Part shown: piece after piece, positions 55,954-63,570 of the stretch
Layout of the letters: every line of letters starts with the position of its first letter
Numbering within the stretch: the stretch's first letter is position 1
NCBI GenBank assembly: GCA_045589375.1
Contig: JAZNOY010000042.1
Location: forward strand, 101-64,100
Reading direction: 5' to 3'
Origin: Acutalibacteraceae bacterium
GTDB lineage: Bacteria; Bacillota; Clostridia; Oscillospirales; Acutalibacteraceae
DNA: 64,000 nt
Program-made: the position numbers and the translations under genes
The notes under the pieces: model-generated
The model's input: the letters and a program-made list of their open reading frames with translations, nothing else
Told to the model about the DNA's origin: nothing
The model's database searches: none

Positions 55954-56646
55954 CTAATTATTTAAAAAAGACACATAATCAAAATCGTCCATCAATCGTT
56001 TTTGGCTGAATTTCGTTGGATAATCCATAGCATATTTTTTTCTGAAAAAGACCGATTTTCTCAAAGGGACAATCTCCTTGTTAAAAGAAAAAAGGACCTT
56101 TGCAAGCATACGCTTTTTGGGGTGCTTGATACCCTTAAAGCGCTTATATAATGGGTTTAGTTTGTGCAGGAAGGGAAGCTTTTGAATTGTGGGCGAATGA
56201 AAGATAACATAGAGATTATCAAGGTCTACCCTTTGGCATCTTCTAAGCCATTTTTCCTTCCCTTTTTCAAAGGTGCCGTCGTGCATAAAGTGTAACACTA
56301 CCTGCTCTTCTCCCTTTTTCAAAACCCCAACGGGATAGGTTATACCGTCTATAAAAATTTCTTCGGGTGTGCAATTTAAGTAATATTCTAAGTCGTTAAC
56401 AAAGCGGGTAAAATCATTCGGCTTAATTAAAACATTTGCCGTGGGAGATAAATACGGCAAGCCTAAATCGCGGTAAATAGCTCCGCCCACGCAGTTGTTG
56501 CAAATGATAGAAGGCGCGGTATTTTTTAGCCTGCTTTGCATCTGTTTTATAAATTTCAATCTTTTTTGCTGAGTATTTTTTTGGAGCTTAACCTTTATTT
56601 TTTTAAATAACTGAGCCTTCAACCTGCTTTCACTCCCCGCGCTCAT
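55954..56646 (-). CDS. DUF1919 domain protein (polysaccharide-locus associated)
   Basis: IICNNCVGGAIYRDLGLPYLSPT matches the DUF1919 N-terminal signature (SNNCWGG..Y). Confidence 0.68.
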   Translation of the reverse strand: MSAGSESRLKAQLFKKIKVKLQKNTQQKRLKFIKQMQSRLKNTAPSIICNNCVGGAIYRDLGLPYLSPTANVLIKPNDFTRFVNDLEYYLNCTPEEIFIDGITYPVGVLKKGEEQVVLHFMHDGTFEKGKEKWLRRCQRVDLDNLYVIFHSPTIQKLPFLHKLNPLYKRFKGIKHPKKRMLAKVLFSFNKEIVPLRKSVFFRKKYAMDYPTKFSQKRLMDDFDYVSFLNN

Positions 56647-57806
56647 TGTTTATTAATGTTTTTTAGCCTTTCGCTGTGCCTTTGTGCTGACATAATAGCG
56701 GCACGGCGAACGCGTTCTTGGCGCACCACCTCGGGCGGCAGCTCAATTCCTCTGCGCTTCATTTCGGCAATAACCTCGCCGTAATGTTGGCTATTCTTTT
56801 TAGAGAGAATATCTAAAAGGTAAAAATTTTTGTTGTTATAAAATTTTTCGGTGTCAAAAACCTTATTAAATTTATCTAAAGCTCCGAGAGCATACAAGGC
56901 GCCTATCGTGCGAATACATTTACCACAGCTCCCGCAATTTTCCCTTTCGGCATAAATACAAGGGTGTAAATATTTTTGTGCAAGCGGAAAATCAGATAAC
57001 TCCTTTAGCTTTTGCATACGGGAGATATGGCTTCCCGTAGAATAAAACACGGTGCAATCGGTTTCAAAGCATGTAAGTGGGAGCAGCTCGTAATAAGCGC
57101 TGTTCTCCTTAACGAAAGAAAGTCGATTGAATTCATAAGCGCCCGAATTTAAGAAAACTCCGAAAAGCTTTTGAACTGCCAACACGGCGGCAGGCAGTCT
57201 AAAAGCCGCAACTGCTAAATAATTTTCATTCTGCAGCAGGTGTATATTAGAATCTATCGTTATCACCGAAAGCTTTGTTTCAGCAGCGATATTTTTACGG
57301 GCTTTGTTCGCCATAAAGCCTAAAAGCTCTGTGTTGTGGTCGCTTTCCAATGTCCCCACATTTGCAACAAGCAAGTGGGTAAGCTTACGACTGGGCTCGG
57401 TGGCATTAAGGTGTGTCATAAGAGTATGCATACTGTCTACGCCACCTGTCCACCCCGTTCCGACAGCCCTCTCACACGGCAGCGGTGCATCAACAACACT
57501 CGCGTGAATGGCGATGCTCTGATAAATATCCATAGCTGCCGCCATAGTCGGTATGAGATATGTTGTGATTTGATAATAAAGCCTCTTGGTCATCGGGGCT
57601 TCACACTTAATATCCTCGCCGCGCCTCATAGCAGTAGTAAGAAAAGCCACTACAAAGGCATCCGAGCGCTCAGCAGTGAGATATTCGGCATATTCCTTCT
57701 CGGTTGAAAACCATACGGTTTCCTGCCTTCCGTCCAAGTCCACCGTGGCCGATAGAACTGCTCTGTTTTCGGTAATATTAAGTTTTGGCTTTCCAAAACA
57801 AATCAT
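56643..57806 (-). CDS. QueC-like PP-loop ATP pyrophosphatase family protein, paralog A (function unknown)
   Basis: PP-loop variant GWTGGVDS at about aa 118-125. About 175 aa later comes a Zn-type motif, C-x7-C-x2-C-x2-C (HPCIYAERENCGSCGKCIRT). It also has a unique ~110-aa N-terminal domain and a C-terminal extension. Confidence 0.5.
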   Translation of the reverse strand: MICFGKPKLNITENRAVLSATVDLDGRQETVWFSTEKEYAEYLTAERSDAFVVAFLTTAMRRGEDIKCEAPMTKRLYYQITTYLIPTMAAAMDIYQSIAIHASVVDAPLPCERAVGTGWTGGVDSMHTLMTHLNATEPSRKLTHLLVANVGTLESDHNTELLGFMANKARKNIAAETKLSVITIDSNIHLLQNENYLAVAAFRLPAAVLAVQKLFGVFLNSGAYEFNRLSFVKENSAYYELLPLTCFETDCTVFYSTGSHISRMQKLKELSDFPLAQKYLHPCIYAERENCGSCGKCIRTIGALYALGALDKFNKVFDTEKFYNNKNFYLLDILSKKNSQHYGEVIAEMKRRGIELPPEVVRQERVRRAAIMSAQRHSERLKNINKQ

Positions 57807-57824
57807 TCGAATTCTCCTATGCTT

Positions 57825-59024
57825 TTAAGGCTTTTTTGGGGCCTCTTTATTCCTGAGCCTTTGCGCTAATGCGCGATATGTTCCGCGCTCTGCCTGAGTT
57901 AGCGAAACAACTCTTTTTGCAGCCTTAGGTGCTTTCGCCAATCGATAGGCTTCGTCAGGAATGGGAATATTATTGATTTTAAAGATTTGCAAAACATTTT
58001 TGTTAAATGGGTCATCTTTATTGGCAAGCAGATAAGCAAAATGCTCCGGTAATGCCTTTATAAACTCATCAGTGTCAACCACCGAAGCGAAACGGTCGAG
58101 CACTCCATAGGCATAAAGCACCATAAAGGTGCGAACGCATTTTTTGCACAAGCCGCAATTTGCCTTACTAAGACGCCTTCTAAAGCAGGGGTGCAGCCAA
58201 CGGTGCGCCGGCTCCCATTTTGCAAGAGCAAGGAGCTTTTCGTGGCGATAAGCCTCACCGCCCGGACAAAAAACACTAAGGCCCTCGGTTTGTCCGCAAT
58301 GGATTAGCAAAAGGTCAAAAGAGCAATCTCTATTAAGCTCCATAGCAAATTCCGAGAAGGCATAACCCGACGAATGAAGATAAACCGAAAGCAAGCCCTG
58401 CAATGCCATTGCAGATGCCAAATTGCGAAATCCGCAAACAGCTACGAAATCCTCCGGCAAAACCTCAATGATATTTGAGTCCAAAGAAATCAACTGATAG
58501 TCCTGCTCTTTGGCAAAAACAGCAGCATCCTCGCAAGCCTTATGAAAGCTTTGCTTATAAAACTCACCATCAAAGGCACCAACATTGAAGACTGCCAAAT
58601 GGGTTATGGGAAAAGCACTTTCCTTTTGGTGCTTCATAATGGTATAAAGACAATCAACTCCACCCGAAAAGCCCGTGGCGACAGCGCCCTTATTTTGAAC
58701 GGGCTTCGCTACGGTGGGTGCCGTAATTTTTATGGGATTATAAATATCGCCCGCGCCGCATAATGTAGGTATTAAGTAATTCTCAAGCTGGTAATGAAGC
58801 CTTTCGGACATAGGTGTTTCGCAGACAATATCGTGACTACCGCGCATAGCGGCAGGAAGCAACGCCATGACAAAGGCATCACTTCTATCGTAACACAAAC
58901 ATTCTGAATTTGCTTCATCAACGCCGAACCAAAGCGTTGTGCCCTTACCGTTAATGGTTATATCGGCACACACTCGGCTCTGCCCGTTTATGCTTTGGCG
59001 ATATATTTTTTTGATATTCAGCAT
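57825..59024 (-). CDS. QueC-like PP-loop ATP pyrophosphatase family protein, paralog B (function unknown)
   Basis: The start is set at ATG 59024, 4 nt after the GT2 stop, with RBS AGGAA. PP-loop variant GFSGGVDC and the motif C-x9-C-x2-C-x2-C (HPCFRRRLSKANCGLCKKCVRT). It aligns with paralog A throughout. Confidence 0.5.
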   Translation of the reverse strand: MLNIKKIYRQSINGQSRVCADITINGKGTTLWFGVDEANSECLCYDRSDAFVMALLPAAMRGSHDIVCETPMSERLHYQLENYLIPTLCGAGDIYNPIKITAPTVAKPVQNKGAVATGFSGGVDCLYTIMKHQKESAFPITHLAVFNVGAFDGEFYKQSFHKACEDAAVFAKEQDYQLISLDSNIIEVLPEDFVAVCGFRNLASAMALQGLLSVYLHSSGYAFSEFAMELNRDCSFDLLLIHCGQTEGLSVFCPGGEAYRHEKLLALAKWEPAHRWLHPCFRRRLSKANCGLCKKCVRTFMVLYAYGVLDRFASVVDTDEFIKALPEHFAYLLANKDDPFNKNVLQIFKINNIPIPDEAYRLAKAPKAAKRVVSLTQAERGTYRALAQRLRNKEAPKKP

Positions 59025-59028
59025 ACCC

Positions 59029-59715
59029 TTATTCCTTGCTTCCTCTTTTAGTCTGACGAATAGCATCTGCCATAATAGACATCATTCTGTTAATTCCCGA
59101 GGATTTATGGGTTAAGGAGATATTTTTGCTATGTATTCTCCTTTTATAAAGCACCTCGGGTATCAAGTGGTTAAGGCTTATTCCCGAAACATTCAGCCGA
59201 TACATAAATTGCGTATCCTCGCCGTGAGGATAGTCGGTGCGAAATGCACCGCATTTTTCAAACACGCTTCGGCGAATTGCACAGGTAATGATGCATCTTT
59301 CAAGGCTTGCGTTCAGTAGCTCCCTTTGGCGTTCTCCCATAGGGCCGCTCGCTTCATCGTAAAAATTCTCCGCAAGAGTAAAAACAAGCATACAATCAGG
59401 GTTTTCATCCAAATATTTTACTTGCTTTTCAAGCTTACTTGAATCCCACATATCATCGGCATCTAAAAAGACGACTATTTCCCCGCGCGCCGCCTCAATG
59501 GCCGCATTTCGAGTAACCGACACACCGGCGTGCGTCAGCTTAATATACCTCACCTTTTGGTAATTAGATACCACTTGCTCCGTATTATCGGTAGAGCCGT
59601 CATCAACGACGACTATTTCATAATCGGTAAAGCTTTGTGCGAGAACGCTTTCAATGGCTTCACCTATAAATTGAGCGCAATTATATGTGGGGATTAAAAC
59701 CGAAACCCTTGGCAT
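59029..59715 (-). CDS. glycosyltransferase family 2
   Basis: VSVLIPTYNCAQFI...VVVDDGSTDNT and FLDADDMW. Its ATG shares one nt with the PqqD stop (TAATG). Confidence 0.85.
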   Translation of the reverse strand: MPRVSVLIPTYNCAQFIGEAIESVLAQSFTDYEIVVVDDGSTDNTEQVVSNYQKVRYIKLTHAGVSVTRNAAIEAARGEIVVFLDADDMWDSSKLEKQVKYLDENPDCMLVFTLAENFYDEASGPMGERQRELLNASLERCIITCAIRRSVFEKCGAFRTDYPHGEDTQFMYRLNVSGISLNHLIPEVLYKRRIHSKNISLTHKSSGINRMMSIMADAIRQTKRGSKE

Positions 59716-60128
59716 TATTCGCTGAGAATCGGCCAGCCTTGCTCAACATCTACATCGTGAACAGGGTCTGCAAGGATTAAATCCTGCACCTCGTTAAACT
59801 CATCAACCGATAGAGTAAAGCCATCGGTCAAGGCAGCAGCATCAATGCTAACGGGCGCTTCGGCAGTGCCTTCAGAAGCTACTATTACTTCCTTTTCAAG
59901 CAAAGCGTTTATAAAGCTGTTTAAATCCTCCTCGATGTTTGCAGGGCAACCATCAAGAGCCTTTATAGCGGTTAGCACTGCATCTACAGAAGCACCGTTT
60001 AAAAGTGCATCTAAAGCGGCAGAGCCAAGACTACTTGTGCCGTAATACATACCTGTTGTGAAATTAATCACAATAGCCTGTCCCTCTGCCATGTCATAAA
60101 ACATTTTTTCTTCGTTTAACTTATACAT
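59715..60128 (-). CDS. PqqD-family (RRE-like) protein with a 52-aa acidic C-terminal tail
   Basis: The N-terminal ~85 aa fit the PqqD pattern (AEGQAIVINFTTGMYYGTSSLGSAALDALLNGASVDAV). The tail at aa 86-137 has 13 D/E and no K/R. Confidence 0.65.
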   Translation of the reverse strand: MYKLNEEKMFYDMAEGQAIVINFTTGMYYGTSSLGSAALDALLNGASVDAVLTAIKALDGCPANIEEDLNSFINALLEKEVIVASEGTAEAPVSIDAAALTDGFTLSVDEFNEVQDLILADPVHDVDVEQGWPILSE

Positions 60129-60130
60129 TT

Positions 60131-61150
60131 TTAAAACTCCTTTTCTATAAAGCTGCGTAAAAACGCAGGGTTTTTCTTTAAATCGGTGCTCATACGCATT
60201 TCATAAACGGGTAAACCCGAAAGGCGCTGAGCCATCTGCTGAATTAGTGCTGTATCATGGCGCGATTCAATTTGCGTTATGGTCGAATGAATAAGATGAA
60301 TCATAACCTTACTCGGCGGTATGGGTGCTATACTCGGCTCATCGTCACCTGCGATTTTCGGAATTATCAGCGCCTTAATATTCAAAGCGGAACTAAATCT
60401 TTCTGCCGGCACCTGAAACTGCGGCTTGCCTCCCCTAAAGCTGCCATCCTCCTCTAAAAGAGGCTTGCCAAGCTGTGGAAACTCACCATACATATCCTCG
60501 CGCAAAGCCACAATTGTATATAAGGGCATTGCCAAAAGCTCACCCGAGGCGGTAATGAGCGTGTAATCATCCGAAACAAAATCAAGGTCCTCGGCCAAAC
60601 AGGAAACGGCGAAGGTTGATTTACCGCTTCCGCCTCTGCCTGCTATCATTACTCCCTTGCCACCCGTGCCAACGGCAGCGGCGTGGAATAACAGCTTGTT
60701 ATTTGCTTTAGCCCATCTCGCGAAGGCGTTAACCATTACATGCCGCGTTAGCATATAGCCTGAGTTTTGAGGCTTAGGCCTTGCGAAGAAATAGCGCTGT
60801 CTTGCAAAGTCGCAACCCACTAAGGAATCATCATCGGTTCCAATCTTTAAGCTTCCTGTTTCATCGCTACTTTGCCAAACCGATGAAAACTCTGCTTCAC
60901 CCTTTGGAAGATAGTCGTCGCAACGGTCATACCAATATATAAACTTAGCATCAACAGGGCCATCGTCCTCTATCAAAAATCCCGATAAACTCGTTTTGCC
61001 CGCCTCTGCTAATTCCTTAGTTGGAAATCTAAGCTCGATATTTTCACCACAAACCCGAACACGAAAGCCATCAGTAGGCATTTTTCCACTTTTTTCCAAA
61101 TGCCTTTCTACAGCCTGAAAGTATTCGGTTAGTTTTACCTTTGCAGACAC
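60131..61150 (-). CDS. HPr-kinase-related P-loop protein (HprK C-terminal-domain-like serine kinase)
   Basis: LFHAAAVGTGGKGVMIAGRGGSGKSTFAVSCLAEDLDFVSDDYTLI matches the HprK catalytic core pattern (H..G.G.L..G.SG.GKS....L......SDD). GTG start after GGGGGAG. Confidence 0.68.
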   Translation of the reverse strand: MSAKVKLTEYFQAVERHLEKSGKMPTDGFRVRVCGENIELRFPTKELAEAGKTSLSGFLIEDDGPVDAKFIYWYDRCDDYLPKGEAEFSSVWQSSDETGSLKIGTDDDSLVGCDFARQRYFFARPKPQNSGYMLTRHVMVNAFARWAKANNKLLFHAAAVGTGGKGVMIAGRGGSGKSTFAVSCLAEDLDFVSDDYTLITASGELLAMPLYTIVALREDMYGEFPQLGKPLLEEDGSFRGGKPQFQVPAERFSSALNIKALIIPKIAGDDEPSIAPIPPSKVMIHLIHSTITQIESRHDTALIQQMAQRLSGLPVYEMRMSTDLKKNPAFLRSFIEKEF

Positions 61151-61225
61151 CGCATCTCCCCCTTTAAAGCAATAGCTCCTTGCAAATAGTATTTATAGTT
61201 GGTATAATAAACCAAGGTGATTAGT

Positions 61226-62230
61226 ATGAATGAAAATGAAATTGTGTTGTTTTGCGGATTTAATAAAACAACTAAATATTTATGCGAATTATACTCTATG
61301 GACGACACCCACGATAACGCCCTATATGAATGGCTTGATGCCGCCGATTTTGAAGCGCTGCCCTCAGAAGCCACCTCTATGGCCGCAGTAATGGGAGCCG
61401 CTTCTGATTATAGCGGAATTCCCCCTCGCCTAATTCCAAGACTTAAAGGGATAAACAGATATATACACACCTTGAATTCGGGTATGCTATCAGGTCTATG
61501 TGCCTTAGGTGCAAGGCTTAATCAATCCGACATAAGCGTCCTCTTACTTGACGAAACGGCGCTTTATGTTCGTTTCAATAACGCCCCCCAGCGTCAGCTT
61601 TGGCAAATGTTTATAGCCGTATCCGAAAAGGACTATGAAGACACGCTTAACATAGCGCGAGATATCGGCTTTAGCGTGGAAAAATTTCCTCAAACAGCCG
61701 TAGCTCGCCAAGGCGTTACCAGGCAGATTATAATTGCACCTTTAAAGGAAAAGGATTTTCATTTAGTTGATGCCGAGAAAATTGAAATGGGCGGCGCCGA
61801 TTTCCTCTGCCCTACAGTTTCGGAAATTTTAATAGGACTAAGCCGCCGTAATTTTAGGGCGCTAACTAAGCCTAATCCCTCTTTGGTGCGCTGGTTTATG
61901 GATATGAAGCTGCTTTTAGGGCTAATTTCCGATAAGGATTGGGCGTGTGCTTTAAAAATTGCCAAAAGAGAGCATAGCTGCCATCTTATTGGCTTTTTGC
62001 TTACGGTTTATGCCGCTATAACGGGCGATATTATCCCACAAGCAAGCTCCTTTGCGAGCGGGCGCGCTTCGCAAAAAGTATTCGCGCTTCTTAAAAAGCT
62101 TCAAAAAAGCAGCGAAAAAGGTTGGCGCATGCGCCGTTCTTTTCTATTGTTCCGCTTAAGAAGGCCGGACAATATTTTTGCCGCAACCGCGCTTTTTGGT
62201 AAAAACATTTTAAATAAAATAGATTTTTAA
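61226..62230 (+). CDS. hypothetical protein, possibly a degenerate NTP_transf_5-like paralog
   Basis: ATG 61226 follows AAGGTGA. It is preceded by TTGCAA, a 17-nt spacer and TATAAT. Its layout loosely resembles the neighbouring nucleotidyltransferase, but I saw no DxD-type motif. Confidence 0.4.
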   Translation: MNENEIVLFCGFNKTTKYLCELYSMDDTHDNALYEWLDAADFEALPSEATSMAAVMGAASDYSGIPPRLIPRLKGINRYIHTLNSGMLSGLCALGARLNQSDISVLLLDETALYVRFNNAPQRQLWQMFIAVSEKDYEDTLNIARDIGFSVEKFPQTAVARQGVTRQIIIAPLKEKDFHLVDAEKIEMGGADFLCPTVSEILIGLSRRNFRALTKPNPSLVRWFMDMKLLLGLISDKDWACALKIAKREHSCHLIGFLLTVYAAITGDIIPQASSFASGRASQKVFALLKKLQKSSEKGWRMRRSFLLFRLRRPDNIFAATALFGKNILNKIDF

Positions 62231-63402
62231 TCCCCGTTTGTATCTAATCCTACCTGCTGTATATGCTCATCATACTTAGAAAGCTTGCCTTTGTTCATTT
62301 TAAGAACAAGCATACCTCGTTTAATTTTTGCTCGGTTTTTGAACAAGGCATTAAACCAATGCACCACCCAGAACACAGGCAGCAAAAGAGGCTTTTTTGC
62401 TAAAGCCGGATATTTATAAGACAATTCCGAAGGACTCGGAAAAACAGAACGGATAAACCAAAGAAATTTCATTTTAAATATTGATTTATTTCCATCTGCA
62501 TGCTGACGCATTCGGTTATTTATTGCCGATTCATCAAAATCCTCGCACACACCGCCTAAAAAAGCAGAACGGGTTATCAGTTCGGTCGCTTTTGTGGCAC
62601 CTTCCCCGTTAAACCAACTGTTAAGCAGGTCTAATATATTGCGGTAAAAGCTTAAAAGCTTAAGGAAGCCAAGCTTTTCCTCAATATATTTTTCATCCAT
62701 ATCAGGATAATTAACCCGCCAAACATAGAAATCGCAAATATCCTTAGCGCAAATCGAGCCAAAAAGGTAATGCTTGGCGAAATGAACGATTAAATATATA
62801 AAATGCTCCTCGGGGCTCAGTAGATATTGCGAGCTGTTTTCTCTTCTTTTTGCAAGCCGCCAGCTATCGCTATAATATGTAAAATAGCTCTTAAAGCGGG
62901 GCGCTACTAAATGGCGGTGCAGCTCTAAGGTTAGCTCGGGGCATTTCCAAGTATACTCATAGTCACTGTTATCAAGCTCACTAAATCCCAATTTTTGCAA
63001 TATCGGCTGTATTCTTGAATATTGCTCGGGGCGAATGAGAATATCCGCATCCCCCATAACCCGATATTCAGCTTTTGGATAAAGCGGCTTAATAACCGCG
63101 CCCTTAACGGGAAGATACTCAATATTATTTTCATCAAAAACGGCGCAAACCTCTCCGAGCTTTTCCATTTGCCCACGGCTTTTTTTAAGGTCACCACAGA
63201 AGCTTGCCGTCATCTGCACAAGAGCGGGATGTGTTCTCGAAACGCCGCAAAGCAGGGCGCCTTGAATTCCCAAGCCCAGCAGGTGGTGATTATATAATAT
63301 ATCAAACGCCTGCCCTAAATCAAAGGATTCGGGGAGGGAAAGCTTTTCACCCTTTAATGCGCTTCGTAAAAGTGTGATAACGCCTAAATGCAATGCTTCC
63401 AT
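62227..63402 (-). CDS. uncharacterised nucleotidyltransferase family protein (NTP_transf_5-like)
   Basis: The pattern LPVKGAVIKPLYPKAEYRVMGDADILI ... LELHRHL is typical of this family, which is found in lasso-peptide and HPr-rel-A contexts. Confidence 0.65.
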   Translation of the reverse strand: MEALHLGVITLLRSALKGEKLSLPESFDLGQAFDILYNHHLLGLGIQGALLCGVSRTHPALVQMTASFCGDLKKSRGQMEKLGEVCAVFDENNIEYLPVKGAVIKPLYPKAEYRVMGDADILIRPEQYSRIQPILQKLGFSELDNSDYEYTWKCPELTLELHRHLVAPRFKSYFTYYSDSWRLAKRRENSSQYLLSPEEHFIYLIVHFAKHYLFGSICAKDICDFYVWRVNYPDMDEKYIEEKLGFLKLLSFYRNILDLLNSWFNGEGATKATELITRSAFLGGVCEDFDESAINNRMRQHADGNKSIFKMKFLWFIRSVFPSPSELSYKYPALAKKPLLLPVFWVVHWFNALFKNRAKIKRGMLVLKMNKGKLSKYDEHIQQVGLDTNGD

Positions 63403-63531
63403 TTATGCCCTTGCCTTTCTAATTTCAATCAATACAACTATAACTTATATATTATACTATATTGATTTTTTAAAAGCAATAAATTCCGAGCAATTTTTTA
63501 TGGCAACATCATTAAATAATTACCAAAACGC

Positions 63532-63570
63532 AAAACGGTGCAACCGAAAAATCGGCTGCACCGTTTTTTT
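63532..63570. terminator. bidirectional intrinsic terminator
   Basis: Stem aaacggtgca.ccga/tcgg.tgcaccgttt with a T7 run. Confidence 0.75.

Noticed and set aside
61135-61374. 79-aa minus-strand ORF, plus a search of 61151-61225 and 63403-63531 for a RiPP precursor gene
   Set aside because: The 79-aa frame overlaps the divergent promoter and the start of the plus-strand gene, and it has no RBS. The intergenic stretches contain promoters and a terminator but no RBS-preceded short ORF. No precursor can be supported from this window.
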